64,000 bases of DNA from Chrysemys picta bellii (Eukaryota), in the NCBI RefSeq assembly GCF_011386835.1, contig NC_088795.1, positions 76,446,001 to 76,510,000 of the forward strand, given 5' to 3'. Both the position numbers and the translations under genes were made by a program. Under the pieces are notes generated by a model. That model searched no databases. It was given only the letters and a program-made list of their open reading frames with translations, and was not told the origin of the DNA. Position 1 is the stretch's first letter. Each line of letters opens with the position of its first letter. Below, piece by piece: positions 46,335 to 61,166 of this stretch.

Positions 46335-49300
46335 GTCAAGAGCTAGAAATGCAATGTGTGTCTGAAGCTTAATATCTACAGAAATGGATGGCTTAATATT
46401 CCAGCTCCACTTGCCAGAGAAAGTTGCATATTCACTCCTGATAAGTATAATTTTCAAGTCCTGATCTAAGATAATGCTGTGAAATATTGTTTTAAAAATG
46501 CATTTCCTCATGGATTTTCCAGAAGGCCATGTGTACTGTTAATGTAATAGTGTTTACAATTTAAAGTGTTCATTTAAAGGAGAACATAATGAAGCATGCA
46601 CACATTTTTCAAATGTGAGCAAAAGGAAAACACAATATATTTATAAGATACAGTACATATTTTCTGCAAAATGAAGTCTTGGTGGAGAGGAAGAATACTA
46701 TCCTGATGTTTGCTGAGAAAGTGCAGCAAGATTATTCCATTATAGCTGCTCAAATTCTAGGAGACTGATTAAAATAGATTCACAGGGAGTATTTAAGCAT
46801 TTTCAGTATAGCAGAGGGAAGTTTTCTAATGCACTATACCTAGTTTATTCTACAAATAACTCATGAAACTGGACCTATAATTGTCCTAGTTACAAGTGAG
46901 TAATTAGAATGATCACAAAATCACAATTTTTGTTCTTAAGAAACACTCGCTATTGAGCTTAATTAATGAACACACTTCCCTTAAAAGCAACTGATGTTTT
47001 AAGTCAGGTTTACAAGTATAATGTAGGGAACCTATTCAGTCACTAGAGGGCTTTTGCTATTTCTTCTCTTCAGTCTGACAAGGGAAGGAAGAATGGAAGC
47101 AAGAGTGAACAGCAAGGTACACATACTGTACTAAGTATTGTAACCAGAGCCCTCCTAAGCACCATTAACGATTTAGAGGAGAAAGAAAAGGAAGGTTGTC
47201 TATTTATTGCCGGTATGTGTCTGCAAATGTATTTCAAAATGTGTGTTGACCTCTCCTTGCTGTAGTCATCATTAACCTGTAGGCATGAATTTTGAACTGC
47301 GGCAAATTAGGCAAGTATTTATAACTGGTTCATGTTGAATGAGATAATTAGAGGCATTAATGACCTATGTAGAAATTTAATTCTGGCCCAGCCATCAAAC
47401 AGACAGTACTGCCAAATTGTACACACAACTAAATCTTAATTTCCACTTGATTAAATGAGGGCGTGAACTGCATTTCTAACAGTAATTGAGTTGGCCAAGG
47501 AACCTTGAGCTGGAATTAACTGCCAGCAACATTTGATAAAGGAAAAAGTATTCAGTATAAAAAAATTAAATAAATGAATTCTTTAGAACCAGAACTATAA
47601 AAGCAGTTCTTACTGATGTCTGGACATTTGCAAAAAATCTACATATAGTGGTTTTGGTTAATTAATCTAATCAAACTAGCTAACTCTTCTTTTTTATCTA
47701 GGCTCTTTGTTCTGCTTTTGGTTGTACATCTGCTTGTAGCATAGTGCATACCAGAAATGATACTTTTAAATCTTTAAGTAGTTTGGCTTCATGAAAATCA
47801 TCATAATAACTGTTCAGAAAAGCATAACACGAAAAAAACAAAAACAAAAAGAAACCAAACAAGAACAGAAATATACTGTAAATTAATGAATAGAGCCCTT
47901 ATGTTTAACAGTGTTATGCTAGATCAGATTAACAAGGTTTGGAAGTGATTAAGGTTTGAATATTTGATTGATTACTTACACCATGCTAGTTATTCTCAAA
48001 TGAACTTTTAGATGTAATCCTAAATTTAAAATAAAACCATTGTATTAAACATGACAACTGTTATGTTGCCATAAAATAACAAACGTTATCAAGCTATTTA
48101 GATAATAGCAATTCTAAAACAGTGAGGGCCAGACTGTGACTTCTGATTAATTAAGCAGTCTGCTGATTTCAATGGGAGCCACTTGCATGCAACAGAGGGT
48201 AGAGCCCAGCCCTAGCTTCTTGATGGGAGGGAAGAGTGCTACCTATATCCACCATGCTTTCCTTTCTCTTTCTATTATGTAAATGAGTCAGTTAAGTCCA
48301 AGGAAACATTTCACTGACCCGTCCTAAAATACTCAGGCCAACCCTGGGCATAGTTGTGATATCACGCTGAGAAGGAGCTGGTTACATTTTGGAGGAAAAG
48401 CCTGAAAAATTCTTTCACTGACCAATCTTTACAAGGTTAGACGTGACTGTGTGGAGTGGAACAACTCCTCAAAAGACAGAAGTGTGAGCAGGAAATCCCA
48501 CAAGAAGACGCTCACTTCATTTCTTTTCATCTACATACTTTATTGAGGAGCAGAAGAGAAAAGGGCCCTAAATGAATCAAGTGACAAATCCTCTCCTTCT
48601 AAATAAAGTAACCAGGCCTAGTAAATAAACTATCCCATACAGTAAATTTCTTATAGACCTACCTATCTATATTTCTATAGTTCTTATCACTCTGGTATCT
48701 TACTGGCATTGTGAAACAAGAAAGTATATGGCTTGATTTTCTTATTCCAAAGCTATTATATAATTACCTAAATTTTGGAAAACTTTGTTCTGTAAAATAG
48801 ATGTATTTCATAATGTGGTATTCCAACTCTATAGTATGTTAAATATTTCATAAAATTATAGTTAACAGAAAAACAGTATCTGGAAGGTTAAAAAACATCT
48901 ATGAACAAAATGAAGTTTATAACATGTTTCCCTATTCTTTACATTTATAGTTTATTTTATGTATCCCTTATATCCTTCTCTATTAATATCAAAGGTCAAA
49001 ATACTTAATATTTGGCAGAGACTATGACACATAATTGATGGTGCAATATGCAATAACAATAATTAATGCATCTGCTGTGATTATAGTTGTCAGCACATTA
49101 GATTTTCAAGGATTTTCTTCATAGGAAAATTCTGGCTCTAAAGCAATCCATTTTAATGTACTTGTATACCACATTTATTGACCAATTGAAATATATTAAA
49201 AAATCATGTCATTAATTTAGCATAGGGAAGCAAACATAGGTAGTGTGCAAATACATGGAAATATTGCTAAAGAAAGCTGTGCGTAAACATTTCTCTTGCA

Positions 49301-50207
49301 TAATCTTTTAGAATTATTGCAATTTATATGTATTTTCCTCTAGAATATTGATGTGATTAATATCAATTAAATGAAAATATAATTCCAACTGAAGAAAAAT
49401 CTGAACCATATAATATGATTAAACATCAACTTTGCAATATGCCACTTACATTCAAGCTGAATAGGATATGCCTGATTTTGATCTCACATCTGTTTAGCAC
49501 TAATATAATTTAACTGATTTCCAAAATTGTAAAACTCCTTTTTATTAATTTTAAATATTTATAGAGCACTGTAATTTTGCATGGTTCTTTACAGAAATCA
49601 GAAGATGACACTGACCCTGATTCTGGTCTCATGATAATTTAAATCAGGAATAACACTACTGAAGTCAATTGGACTATAATGTACAGCTGATATGAGTGAG
49701 ATCAGTACCAGACCCACTGCCCCTAAACCAAAAAGCTTAAAACCACACCAGACAAACAAGAAAACATAGAAAACAGACAAAAGAAATGATAGAAAAGGAA
49801 GTGAAAAAAGGATAAAATAAATACGATATGATTGCATTATACTGCAAATGAGCTTTATATATTCTGATATTTTTAACACTGAGAATGAGGTAGAGAAAAG
49901 GGAAATGAATAGAGGTTAAAGGTGGAAAGAAAAGCAAAATAAATGAATTTGAGAAGGGATCTGAAGAAAGAGAGTGTGAAAGTCTGACGCACAAGAAGAA
50001 GGATATAACATCAGATAAAGGGAGGATGAAACAATATGTAAAGGGCTGCAAAAGTTTTATTTCTAAATGAAAAAGTACACAAATTCTTTAATTTAAAATG
50101 AAACAAAAAAGGAGATAGTTGATAATCCTGCATGAAACTAATCCTATCCTCAGTTATTTAATTTATCTGCATGGTTTACCTATTCTACATAATTAAGTAT
50201 CTGAAGA

Positions 50208-50416
50208 ATACAGCTGGTCGAGAAATAGATATTTCCCTTCCACAGGAAATAGGATATTTTGAAATTTCTTTGGTCCCTAAGAAGAACAAATATTAGAAAT
50301 TTTTTAATTTACCGCAAAATGAAAGTTCTGAAATATTTTGTTTTGGCAACACTGAAATGACCTAAACATTTTGTTTCAATAAGGTCAAAATGTTTTGTTT
50401 AAATTTAATAATTTTG

Positions 50417-50472
<56 letters not shown>

Positions 50473-50638
50473 AAATGATAAAAATCAAAAGAAAATGTTT
50501 TGACCTTATTAAAACAAAACATTTCAATAATTTCCCATCAAAAATTTTCACAAAATAGATACGTTCCCATTAAATATTTCAAATTGGCATTTCCTGAAAG
50601 CAAACTGTTCCACTGGAAAACTTTCAGCCAACTCTACT
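50208..50638. mobile_element. Old AT-rich hAT-like element with inverted arms
   Basis: Ends cagctggtcgagaaat / aactttcagccaactcta; inverted internal aataaggtcaaaatgtttt / aaaatgttttgaccttatt. Confidence 0.5.
50418..50468. repeat. (CA)25 microsatellite
   Basis: Seen directly; uninterrupted. Confidence 0.98.
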
Positions 50639-52665
50639 GAAGAGTTATCAGAGTCTGTGAATGTAATCAATAATAGCATCCAAATGCTCTTGAAAGATAT
50701 CTGATTTATTTTATAGTTATGTATTATTTTTTCATAAGGTGCAGTTTTCATCACAGTCTAGATGTAGTCTAATTCTGAGGATAGGAAATTATCAATCACC
50801 AAAACCAGAATCTGTTTTAAATTTAGCTATATAAGTGATATAAAGAAGAATTAACAAACTGAAGAAGTGTTGTCACAGTGCTTGAATCCAGACTGATCTC
50901 AGTTCTCCTCAGAACACTGACCCCCAGTTTATGACCCTGAGACAAATTCTACTCCTATTTAAATCAGTGTAAATCTGATCTAAATTTACTGTGTAGTTAA
51001 GACTGACTAAATGAGAACTGAATTTGTACTCCTGTATGCAACATTGTAGGTTGAGATTTTACCAAAACTAGATTTATTTAATCATATTTAAAATACAGCT
51101 TTGAAAATGACATATTGTAAACTTCTTTTGTTTAATAATTATTAACAGTAATGCTTTCTGTCAATATTTACCAATAAATTATTTTATCACCTATAATATT
51201 TTAATGTAGGTACTGTCTGAAGTTATAGCTTTCTGTTGCTTCATGTTATTCTAATTATCCAACAGTGCCTTAAGGGTGAATGTTTGGATCAAATAACTTT
51301 GACAGAGAAGTATGTATATATCCCACATGCAGGTGTGTTAAGTAATCTTGGGCAAGCAACTTAACTTCTCAATACTTCAGTTTCCCCCCTCCTTTGTGAA
51401 TCACTTTGAAATCTATGTATTACATTTTTTATTCAATGTAGGATTCATTGCAGCAGCCATCTTTTCCCTTCCCTACTTCAGTAAACAAGAAAAGTTATAT
51501 CTGAGAACTCTGAGAATCATTAGTTACCAATACAGATGGACTCACACAAAGTCTTTCATGGGAGATAAACTTGATATTTTATTTATAAGAATAAATTCTC
51601 TAGATGAATATGTTACCAAGATAGAAGGGTGTCTGGATAATGTGAACAATGTGAGCAAACAGTGAGTGGAATAATTTAATCCACTCTTGTAAAATACAGC
51701 ACAGTATGTGACAGGCTTATAAAAAAAGATGGGAAACCAAATCTGTGTGTGGAAAAGACCTAAACCCTTGGAATTCCTACAAAAAAGAAAAGTCCTGAAG
51801 CAAATTCCTTCCATATTGATTTGGGAGCACAAGATGAACTAAAGTAGCTAAATTCTATAGTAGTCCTGCCAAAGGGTCTGCTACACAAGAAAATACAATT
51901 ACAGTATTGCTACAATTTTAGATTACAGAGACAGAGAAACTCTTAGTTACAGCTAGGGGAAAAAAGGAGACGAAACATTTCAAGGAAACAAAACTTTAAT
52001 TTTCCTAGATCTTAGCTAAACCATACATTCTCACAGGAGAGAGCTGAAGGCTATGAGAAGGGATTTCCAATAAGAAAGCAATGATGGTACAATCCTAAGA
52101 TTTCATGGTTTTATATCGTCTCTCCATTAGTGTAGTATCTGACCATCTCTCACGTAAAATTGTGAAGTGAAGTCCCTAGTGGACTTCACAGAATTTCTGT
52201 CTCTTCTCCCTTTTCAGGGTAAAAACTCTGCTTGGGGTAATTTTTTGTTACTGTTGTTAGTTTCTGTTTCGTTGACCGGGTCTATGGGATGGAGGTGGAA
52301 GGAATATCAGTGTTGTGAGTGTCATTCTGGGCATGCTGGAAAGCCTTCATTAAAAAGGTAGGTTCTGCAGCATTTCCTAAAGATGGTCAGTTTCACCTCT
52401 CTGGAAGTTCTTCCCATATTGACCCCCTTGACTGAGGCTGTTTTGTCCCAGCTCTCAGGCACTTCTGTCCGGTCTTTGTGATCTGCATTGTTCTAAAGCA
52501 ATGCAACTGTCAGGGACATTCCATCACCATTCTCAGAGTTCTGCTAGACAGGAAAGATGAGAATCACTGTAGTGCTGTGCTACCTACTCCTGCTATGTCA
52601 CATGGGTGGCTAACAGTGCCTTGTGGTCCACTATGTCAAAAGCTCCAGAGAGTTCTAGGAGGATG

Positions 52666-55600
52666 GAGGGAGTTATTCACCTCTTGCAGTAAAGATGGTT
52701 CTTCAAGTTGTGTTCCCCTATGGGTGCTCCACTATAGGTGTGTCTGCGTCCCTATGCCTCTGATCGGAGATTTTAGATAGCAGCATCTGTTTGGCTCGCA
52801 CATGCACTCTTCCTGTCTCATGCTTTGCCTTGAGGCTATCTATTGCTAAATGGGCAAATCACCCTCAGTTCCTTCTCTATTGCAGAGCCCCATATTGAGA
52901 ACTCCAAAATAGAGGGAAGAGGGTGGGTTGTGGAGCACCCATAGGGACACACATCTCGAAGAACCATTGTTACTGCATAAGGTGAGTAACACCCTCTTCT
53001 TCTTCTTCTTCTTGTTCGAGTATTGTCCCTATGGTTGCTCCACTGTAGGTGACTCCACAGCAGTATGATGGAGGACTGGGGCTTCAGAGTCGAGTCTATT
53101 AATGATGTCAACACTGTGCAGACGAAGATGGCATCGGAAGATGAGTGTTGTGTAAGTGCATAGTGTTCTGTGGAGGTATGAGTAGACGCCCAAGTTGCTG
53201 CTCTGCATATTTCTGAGATGGGGATATTTCTAACGAATGAGACAGAGGTGGAAACAGATCTCTTGGAATATGTGTGGACTCTGGATGGAGGTTGCAGATT
53301 ACAGGCATGATAACAACAGTTAATACAGTTGAGACCCATTTTGAGAGATATTGCAGAGCCCTTGGATCTGTCTGCAATAGATAGGAACAGTTTAGGAGAT
53401 TTCCTAAAGTCCTTTGTCCTGTTCAAATAAAATACCAAAGCTCTTCTAACATCAAGAATATGTAATATTGCCTCCCTGTTGTCATGGTGAGGCTTTGGGA
53501 AGAAGGTGAGAAGTGAAGGAATTGGTTAATATGGAAGGACGAGGCTACTTTGGGGAGGAACGTTGGGCGTGACCTCAGTGTGGCTTTGTCTTTAAAGAAA
53601 ATTGTGAAGGGGGAGTGTGCCATTAGTGCAGCTATTTCACCTATTTTCCATGAGGAGGTAATGGCCACTATGTAAGCGAGTACATAGCCGTGGGTCTGAA
53701 AGGTGCCGTTGTTAGGCTTCTGAGAACTAGATTAAGGTCCCATGTTGGCATGGAGCATCTGGTTTGTGGGAAGAGGTTTCCCATGCCCTTGAGGAATCTC
53801 TTTGTTGTTGCATGGGCGAATATTGAATATCCATCTGTCTGCTCATTGAAGGCCGTTATAGCTGCAAGATGTACTTTTAGTGAGCTAAGAGATAGTCCCT
53901 TTTTAGGATCTAGTATGTAGTCTAGAATTAGGGGAAGGGTGGAAGATGCAGGGGTAATTTGTTTGGAATTACAACAGATTTGGAATCTTTTTTCACTTTT
54001 GCACTTAAGTGTGATGAGTCATTGATTTTCTGATGTGTAATAGCACTTCTTTAACCTCCTCAGAGCAGAAATTCTCTATGCATTGGAACCATGGAGGAAC
54101 CAAGCCTTGAGTCAGAGAACCTGTAAATTGGGATGAAAGGTCTGTCCAGCATTCTGGGAGAGGAGGTGAGGAATTGGTTGAAGAGAAATTGGTGTGGGTT
54201 CCTTGAAAGCTGTGTTAGGGGTACCACATTTGTCTTGGCCAGGTGAGAACTATGAGTATAACTTTTGCTTTTTCCCGTTTTATTTTTAGTAAGACCTTTT
54301 ATACAAGAGGGAATGGAGGAAAGGCGTACAGAAGCTCTTCGTTCCATTGAAAAAGGAAAGAATCACCTAGTGACTGTTTCCCCAGTCCGGCTCTGGAGCA
54401 ATAACAGGAGCATTTCTTGTTCAGGTAAGTAGCAAACAAGTCTATTGTTGGAGGCCCTCAGCGACTGAATATGTCGGGTCCATTTCCCATTCATAATCAT
54501 GTGAGAACTTGCGACAGACTGTCTGCCATGATAATTCTGTAATCCTGAAAGGTAAGTGGCTGATATGAGAACTTTGTGGTGAATGCACCAATTCCATAAT
54601 TTTACTGCTTCTGTGCAGAGGGAGGGTGATCAGGCACCCCCTTGTCAATTTATGTAAAACATGCATGCTAGGTTGTCTGTCATAATTTTTCGTATGCATA
54701 CTCTTGATTACTGGTAGAAAAAATGCACAAGCATTCCTGACTGCTCTGAGTTCCAAAAGGTTGTTATGGAGTGCGGATTCCATGGGGGACCATTTGCCCT
54801 GAACCTTATGGTTGTTCAGGTGAGCTCCCCAGCCTATTAGAGATGTGTCTTGTCAGTATCAATGCTAGTGGAGGTGCATGAATGGGATCCCTTCAGACAT
54901 TCCTTGGATCTTTTCCACCATTCTAGGGATCCTTTGACCAGGAATGGCATCGACAGTGGCTTGTTTAATCTGTCCTTGTTTGGCATGTATACCAATCTGA
55001 GGCACGCTTGTAGGCACCGCATGTGTAGTCTCACATGAGATATCATGAATGTGCCCACTGCCATGTGCCCGAGAAACTGAAGGCAATTTCTGATTGACAT
55101 TTGTGGGCTGGCCTTGACTGTGTCTATTAGGGTGGTCAGGGTGTTATATCTGTGTAGTGGGAGGAATGCTCTGGCCTCCACCATGTCAAGATAAGCCACT
55201 ATCAACTCCAAGTGTTGCACTGGTGTCAAGGTCAATTTCTGGGTATCGAGTTGTAAACTCAACTGTGCAAATATGTCCATAATCTTTCGAGTTGCTCGTA
55301 GGGTGTTGTCAAATGAACAAGCACTGAGAAGGCAATCGTCCAAATATGCGTAGATTATGATTCCCAATTTGCATAGATGAGCTGCTACCACAGATAGAAT
55401 TTTGGAAAATACTCTGGGTACAAACAATAGGCCAAATGGAAGCATTCTGTATTGGTAGTGGTCTTGGCCAAAGGTGAAGCAGAGGAATCTTCTGTGAGAT
55501 AGTTGAATTGATATGTAGAAATAGGCATCTTGGAGGTCAAGGGCTGAGAACCAGTCTCCCTGGTCTAGAAATGGAATAACTCCTAGTTACTAGTGTAACC

Positions 55601-58185
55601 ATCTTGAATTTTTGCGCCTTCATGTATTTATTTAGTGCTTTTAGATATAATGTAGGTCTCCAACCTCCTTTTTTCTTGGGAATCAGGAAATATCTGGAAT
55701 AAAAGCCTTTTCCTTTGAGTAGCCCCTATGCACAGCAGGTGATCTATGTCCTGGTGCAGAAAGCTTTTGTTAGAAAGGTCCCTGGAGAGGGACAGGGAAG
55801 GAGGGAGGTGAAGTGGATGGGAGTAATCTTTGGAAATGATCTCCAGAACCCATTTGTCTGAAGTTATGTTTTCCCAGTTCTATCTGAACAGAGCAAGGCG
55901 GTGTCCAAAAGGACGTGTAAGAGTTGTATATGGCAGCAATTGTTGATGAGAGCGATTGCTGCGGGCCTCAACCAATGTGTCAAAACTGGTGTTTGGAGGT
56001 CAAGGGCTGTGATGTTGAAGTTTGGTGGGCTGATGGCCTTCTTTCTTGGATTCTTGATCTCACGCGCTGAGGATCAAAGTACTTTTGGGACGGAGGGAAC
56101 TGGGCCGGACGGGATCTATAGGACGATTGTGTACTAAATTTTATTTTCTAACCGGTGTGTAGATCCCTAACAAGCGGAGCATGGCTTGAGTCTTTGAGTG
56201 TGTGAAATGAGGCATCAGTCTTGTTGGCAAACATCTTGGAGCCCTCAAATGGGAGGTCTTCTACTGTTATCTGTACTTCCTTTAGTAGTCCTGAGAGGAG
56301 TAACCAGGTGGCTTTTCTCATTACCACCGTTGTCGACACCAAGCAGGCTGCTGTGTCTGTGGGATCTAGAGTAATCTGCAGTGCCGTGCACACTACCAGC
56401 TGGCCCCCATTAAGGATGGCTTGAAATTGTTCTTTGTTTGTCTGGCAGGTGTTCAATAAAAGCACTAAATTTGCCATAATTCATGTGGTCATACTTTGAG
56501 ATTAGGGCCTGGTGGTTTGCAATCTGAAATTTTAAAGTTGCAGAAGAGTATGCTTTTCTCCTGAATAGATCAAGTCTCTTCCAGTCTTTATCATAAGGGG
56601 TAGATTTAATGTGGTTCTGTCTTCCATGAGCATTCACAGCATCCACGACTATAGAATTTAGTGAGGGGTACAAAAAAGAGAAAGTCTACATCCTTGGACA
56701 GCACGTAATATCTTTTATCGGCCTCTTGCAATTAGGTCTTATGGAGTCTGGTGTTTGCCAAATAACCTTGGCAGGATCAAAAATCACCTTGTTGACTGGA
56801 AGGGTGTTTTGTGATGAGGAGGCTATATGCAGGATGTCTAATAGTTTGTGATGAGACTCTTATCTCCTCGAGAGGAATCTGGAGTGCATTAGTGACCGTC
56901 TTAGTGAGGTCTTGAAAGAATTTAAAACCATCCACCTTCTGATGGTGAGGATGATGAGATATTTGCTGGTGGGGTAACATCTCTTTTTAATCTAGGCTCC
57001 TGCTCCTCCTCCTCAAAAGTTTGCTCCTGCAGTTCTGGGGCTCTGGAGAGAGAGGCCGAGGGAGATTGCTTTGCGCTCTCTCTCTCTCTAGGAGACACTG
57101 GAGGCCTTAGATGGATGATGCCTGTAAGCTGTCCTGGCACCACTGGGGCGGAGGAAATGGCATGGGTAGTGGCACTCACAGGTGTTCATAGCAGGTGGGT
57201 TGAAACTCCAAATGTGGGTGCACATTGGATATCCCCGGGTGTTGCTCAGATGCGCTGTGGTGTGAGGCTAAGGATAGGTTGTCATCCTCCTCACGGTCTG
57301 CCTCTTCAATTGAGAAGAATGGGACTGACAGGGAAGCTGGTGGTGAGTGCCCTGGTGCAAAGTGTGATCCTGGGGACCAGGATGTAGTTGGAATTGGAGC
57401 ACTGGTACTGAGTAGCGGAGATTCTGGCATCTCTGTTACCAATAGGTCCCTGGAAAAATAAAACTCCTGCAGTATCACAGTGATGGTCGGTACCACTAGG
57501 ATTTGCTGCTGCTGGCAGCAAGTCAGTACCCAGGGAGATATCTCTGGGGTGACCATTGTTAAGGAGGAGACCCAGGATAGGATCACAGGCCAGTCTGAGG
57601 GAACTATCCATCATTAGGAGTTTAAGTTCTAGCTCGCGGCTCTTCCTTGTCCTGGCCTTTTGGGAGAAGGTGCACTTCTGCGTATGGTGAGCCTCTCCGT
57701 GGCACTGAATACAGGGCGAGTGTTAGTTGCTAATGGGTACTGCAGGAGAGGCAATGTTTGAACCCAGGAAGCCAGGCATACCCACCCCATAATAGGGAGT
57801 GGTCCCCCATGAAGGGGAGAGAAAAAATGTGTCAACAATGACAGGGAGAAAAACGAAGGTATAAGAAAGTTTTTTGTTTTTTTTTCTTTGAGAAAAATAA
57901 AATGGGGAAAGGAGAACAAACGAAAACTCTACTTAGAGACTATAAAGAAAGGAAACTCTACTGTCAACAACATAAACTGAAATTTGAATTGGACTGCTGA
58001 TCGCTCCGTCTCAGGCCAAGGATGGTTCACCCAAGCAGTGCTAGATAGCCTCGAGGCAAAGCACGAGATGGGGAGAGCATATGTGTTGGCTTAGCGGACA
58101 CAGCTATTTAAAATCTCCAATCAGAGATGCAGCAACGCAGACACACCTACAGTGGAGCACCCATATGGGACACTACTCGAAGAAG
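52666..58185 (-). mobile_element. DIRS retrotransposon, near full length (about 5.5 kb), heavily decayed, in VEGFC intron 1
   Basis: ITRs (about 52695-52885 vs 58025-58185) and ICR (about 52930-53050). Remnants of gag (PGFKHCLSC, LDLFRRKAYSSATL, LPFEGSKMF), RT (LDLQDAYF, LPFGLLFVPRVFSK, YLDD), RNase H (LLELRAV), MT (LYAFPPFPLV) and YR (AATWAS, EHY). Confidence 0.93.
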
Positions 58186-58468
58186 GACTTTTATAGTGCA
58201 ATCTCCAGGGTTCTCTTTATGCTGTGTCCTGGACTGAACCCTGATAATGAGGCATCCGGGATGTTGGATTGTCATATGGCAATTCTGTACCCTGCAGAGC
58301 TTAATATATGTTACAAAAGTAACACCTGCGTTTTTTGGTACTCAAACTCAGATAATCAATTATTAACTAACATGAATCTCAAACTTCTGAGGAAGAAGAC
58401 TTACAGGAGTAAAAACTGGAGTTTGATTAAGAGGTTTGCTTATAAGATCTTATTCTCTTGGAAATTAA

Positions 58469-58730
58469 GGGTTTGTCTACATGGTGTGCCATGCTAACTA
58501 ACATGCTGCACTCTAACCTGGGTAGACCCTGCTGGTATGCTCTAAAAGATACCTAGTTTGTGTTAATGCAGTCCTAATATAGTCCAGCTAGGACTATGTT
58601 AATGTAAACTAAGTGCCTTTAGAGCACGCCAGTAGGGTCTACACACAGGGCAGTTAGAGTGCAGCACATTAGAGCACTTTACAAATCACACCCCTCTAGT
58701 GTGTATTGCCAGTGCTGTGTAGATAAGCCC
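58469..58730. mobile_element. PIF/Harbinger MITE, 262 bp
   Basis: taa|gggtttgtctaca...tgtagataagccc|taa (TAA TSD); internally palindromic. Confidence 0.88.
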
Positions 58731-61166
58731 TAAGAGAACCTGAGTTAGTAATTAGAATTTCCTTTTATTAGTTTAAATTATGAACACTTTTTCAACAACA
58801 TTCAATCTTATCCAGCTTGTATTTTCTTTACGACTGTCAGAAATGACTAATTAGAATCAGTATACAAGAGTAAACTATCATTCATTTATATTCATGTTGC
58901 TTTATTACCATCCCTAGCTGAATTCCCTTGATACTATCATTATTTCTGTTAGCAATTGCCAACTGCTCCACAGCTAAAAGCAAACAAATACTGAGACAAA
59001 TTTATGTTGTGAATAGCTATACTCAGGAAGTGAACCATTAATATGCTGAAAACTGGAGTCACCTATTATCATTTGGCCAGCTGCAATACAGGCGACCACA
59101 ATGAAAGAAGCTTCTTCATATTCTCCCATCAAAGTTCTCAATAGTGAACTCAAGTGTTTGCAATCTCTAAATGTAAGAGATAATTCTATTATTTCAATCT
59201 GCATGCCAGCTCACTCTTGGACATTGTTTCAGGACAGACTACGTACTATGGGAAGATATGCCAGACTGTTATTAGTAGGGTTAAAAATAAGAGTTCTGGC
59301 CATCCATCAAAAGATGGATTATGATAGAGCACGACCCATAGTTTAGCTGGTACCTCTCCAAAGTTGAAACTTTAGAGTGTTATATCTATAGTCAGTCAAT
59401 GTTGCAAAAACGTTACATAAAAGTTTATGTAACAGTTGGATTAAATTAATTAGTAGTTGCATATTCTGAAAAAAAAAATATATTCCTGAAATGTGTCTCT
59501 TTGATCAAAAACAATAAATCAAAATTAGGACTTTTAGCTTAATCTGAAAAACTACACTGAAATATTCTACTTTAAACAACTTGATAACCCTATGTACCAT
59601 ATAACTATTTACATGATTCTGCAACTAAAGGAAATTTGGTTGAGACTTGAAGGAAAAAACTCACAGGTTTATTATAAGAAAAATTCAATCCTGGTTTTAG
59701 ACAGCATTTAGTTTTATACTCAACTCAGTTGTTGCATTTTTGACAACTCGGATGTTTTTATGATGGAAGTTATTATTTAAACACATCTCACCTCTTATTA
59801 CTGTTTATAGTGTCCCTCATATTGCTAAGAAACCTTCTTTTTTGGCAACTGTTTGAGAATTACAGTACTAGTTATAAAATTCTGCGCAAACAGAAGTAAG
59901 GTACAGTCTAAATATTTAGCAACAGGTCACAGAAATTACTTCAACTAATTATACATTTAAAGAAGTTCTTGAAAAAAAAATCATTTCCATAGACCATGAA
60001 ATGACAGCGATTGTGTTTCAAGGCAAATGTTGAACTTTATTCCTAAACAAATGTCTGAACATAATAGGGCATGAATTCTGAACTGTTAAACAATCCTTGT
60101 ATAGTTTACAGATCTGAACTGTAATATTAATTAGAAGACCACCTACCTTGTCACATTGTCTATTCTAACAAATATTTCAACTATAAACATTATTCACCAA
60201 TAGAAAAAAATCTCATAAAAAGCTAAAGAACAAGTTAATGGTCCAATTATATTTATTAACAAAACAGTTGCTTTAAATAATTCTAGGCACTGTTTTTCAC
60301 AAATGATAATTGAGAATGGAAATGTAAAGACTTATTAAAATCTCAAGAGTGTCTATGGATATTCCAGTAAAAAATGTTATTCTCTGATTTTTTTTATACA
60401 AATGCCTAAGATTGAGTCTACTTGCTAAAAGTCTTATTAAAAAAACATCTCTATTGTATTCTTAAGAAGCACACTGGACTGAATAACAAATCACATGACT
60501 ATACCACTGATACCTCAACTTTTTACTTCTGACTCTGAAGATTCCATTAAGAAATAAAAAGCTAGAAAATCTTTAGTATTTGTGATGTCAAAAATTGGGA
60601 TCTTACCCAAACACTTTATAAAAAGCTTCTTCATTAGTTTAAAATAGGTACAATTAAAAGATATTTTGAATGTAGACAGAATGTGGTGGACACAGAGAGC
60701 AGGGCACTTGCCATCCTAAAGCAGTGTTGTTTTTTCTTGGTTTAAAAAAAAAATTGTTGGGGGGGGGGGTGGTAATTTGGACTACCCTAAATTGTTATGA
60801 TGAGGAACATTATTTGGATCTCCTTTGACTTTGTAAATCACACAAGTTAACTATCTAACCATAAACCCAAAACTAGACTAAAGCGGATGACAAGAAGAAA
60901 GTGAATAATATAAGCTATGTACTGAAGCAAAAGAAAAAAAAGTAAGTTTTACATATACAGTGACGCAATAGGAAAAGAAGTTTTAATTTCAAGCATCTAA
61001 GGAGAATATTGCAAATGAAGGGAACACAAAACAAAAGCAGAAGAAATTCGATTAAAGGCAAATTATTAAATGTAACTAATTGCATTAAACTAACGTTCTA
61101 AACACAGTGCAAAAGTCTGAGTTGGAATGATATATTTCAATTTCTCTCTTGGTTGTTTGATTAGTC

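Noticed and set aside
50418-50468. (CA)25 as a functional element
   Set aside because: An ordinary microsatellite within an old transposon; useful only as a marker.
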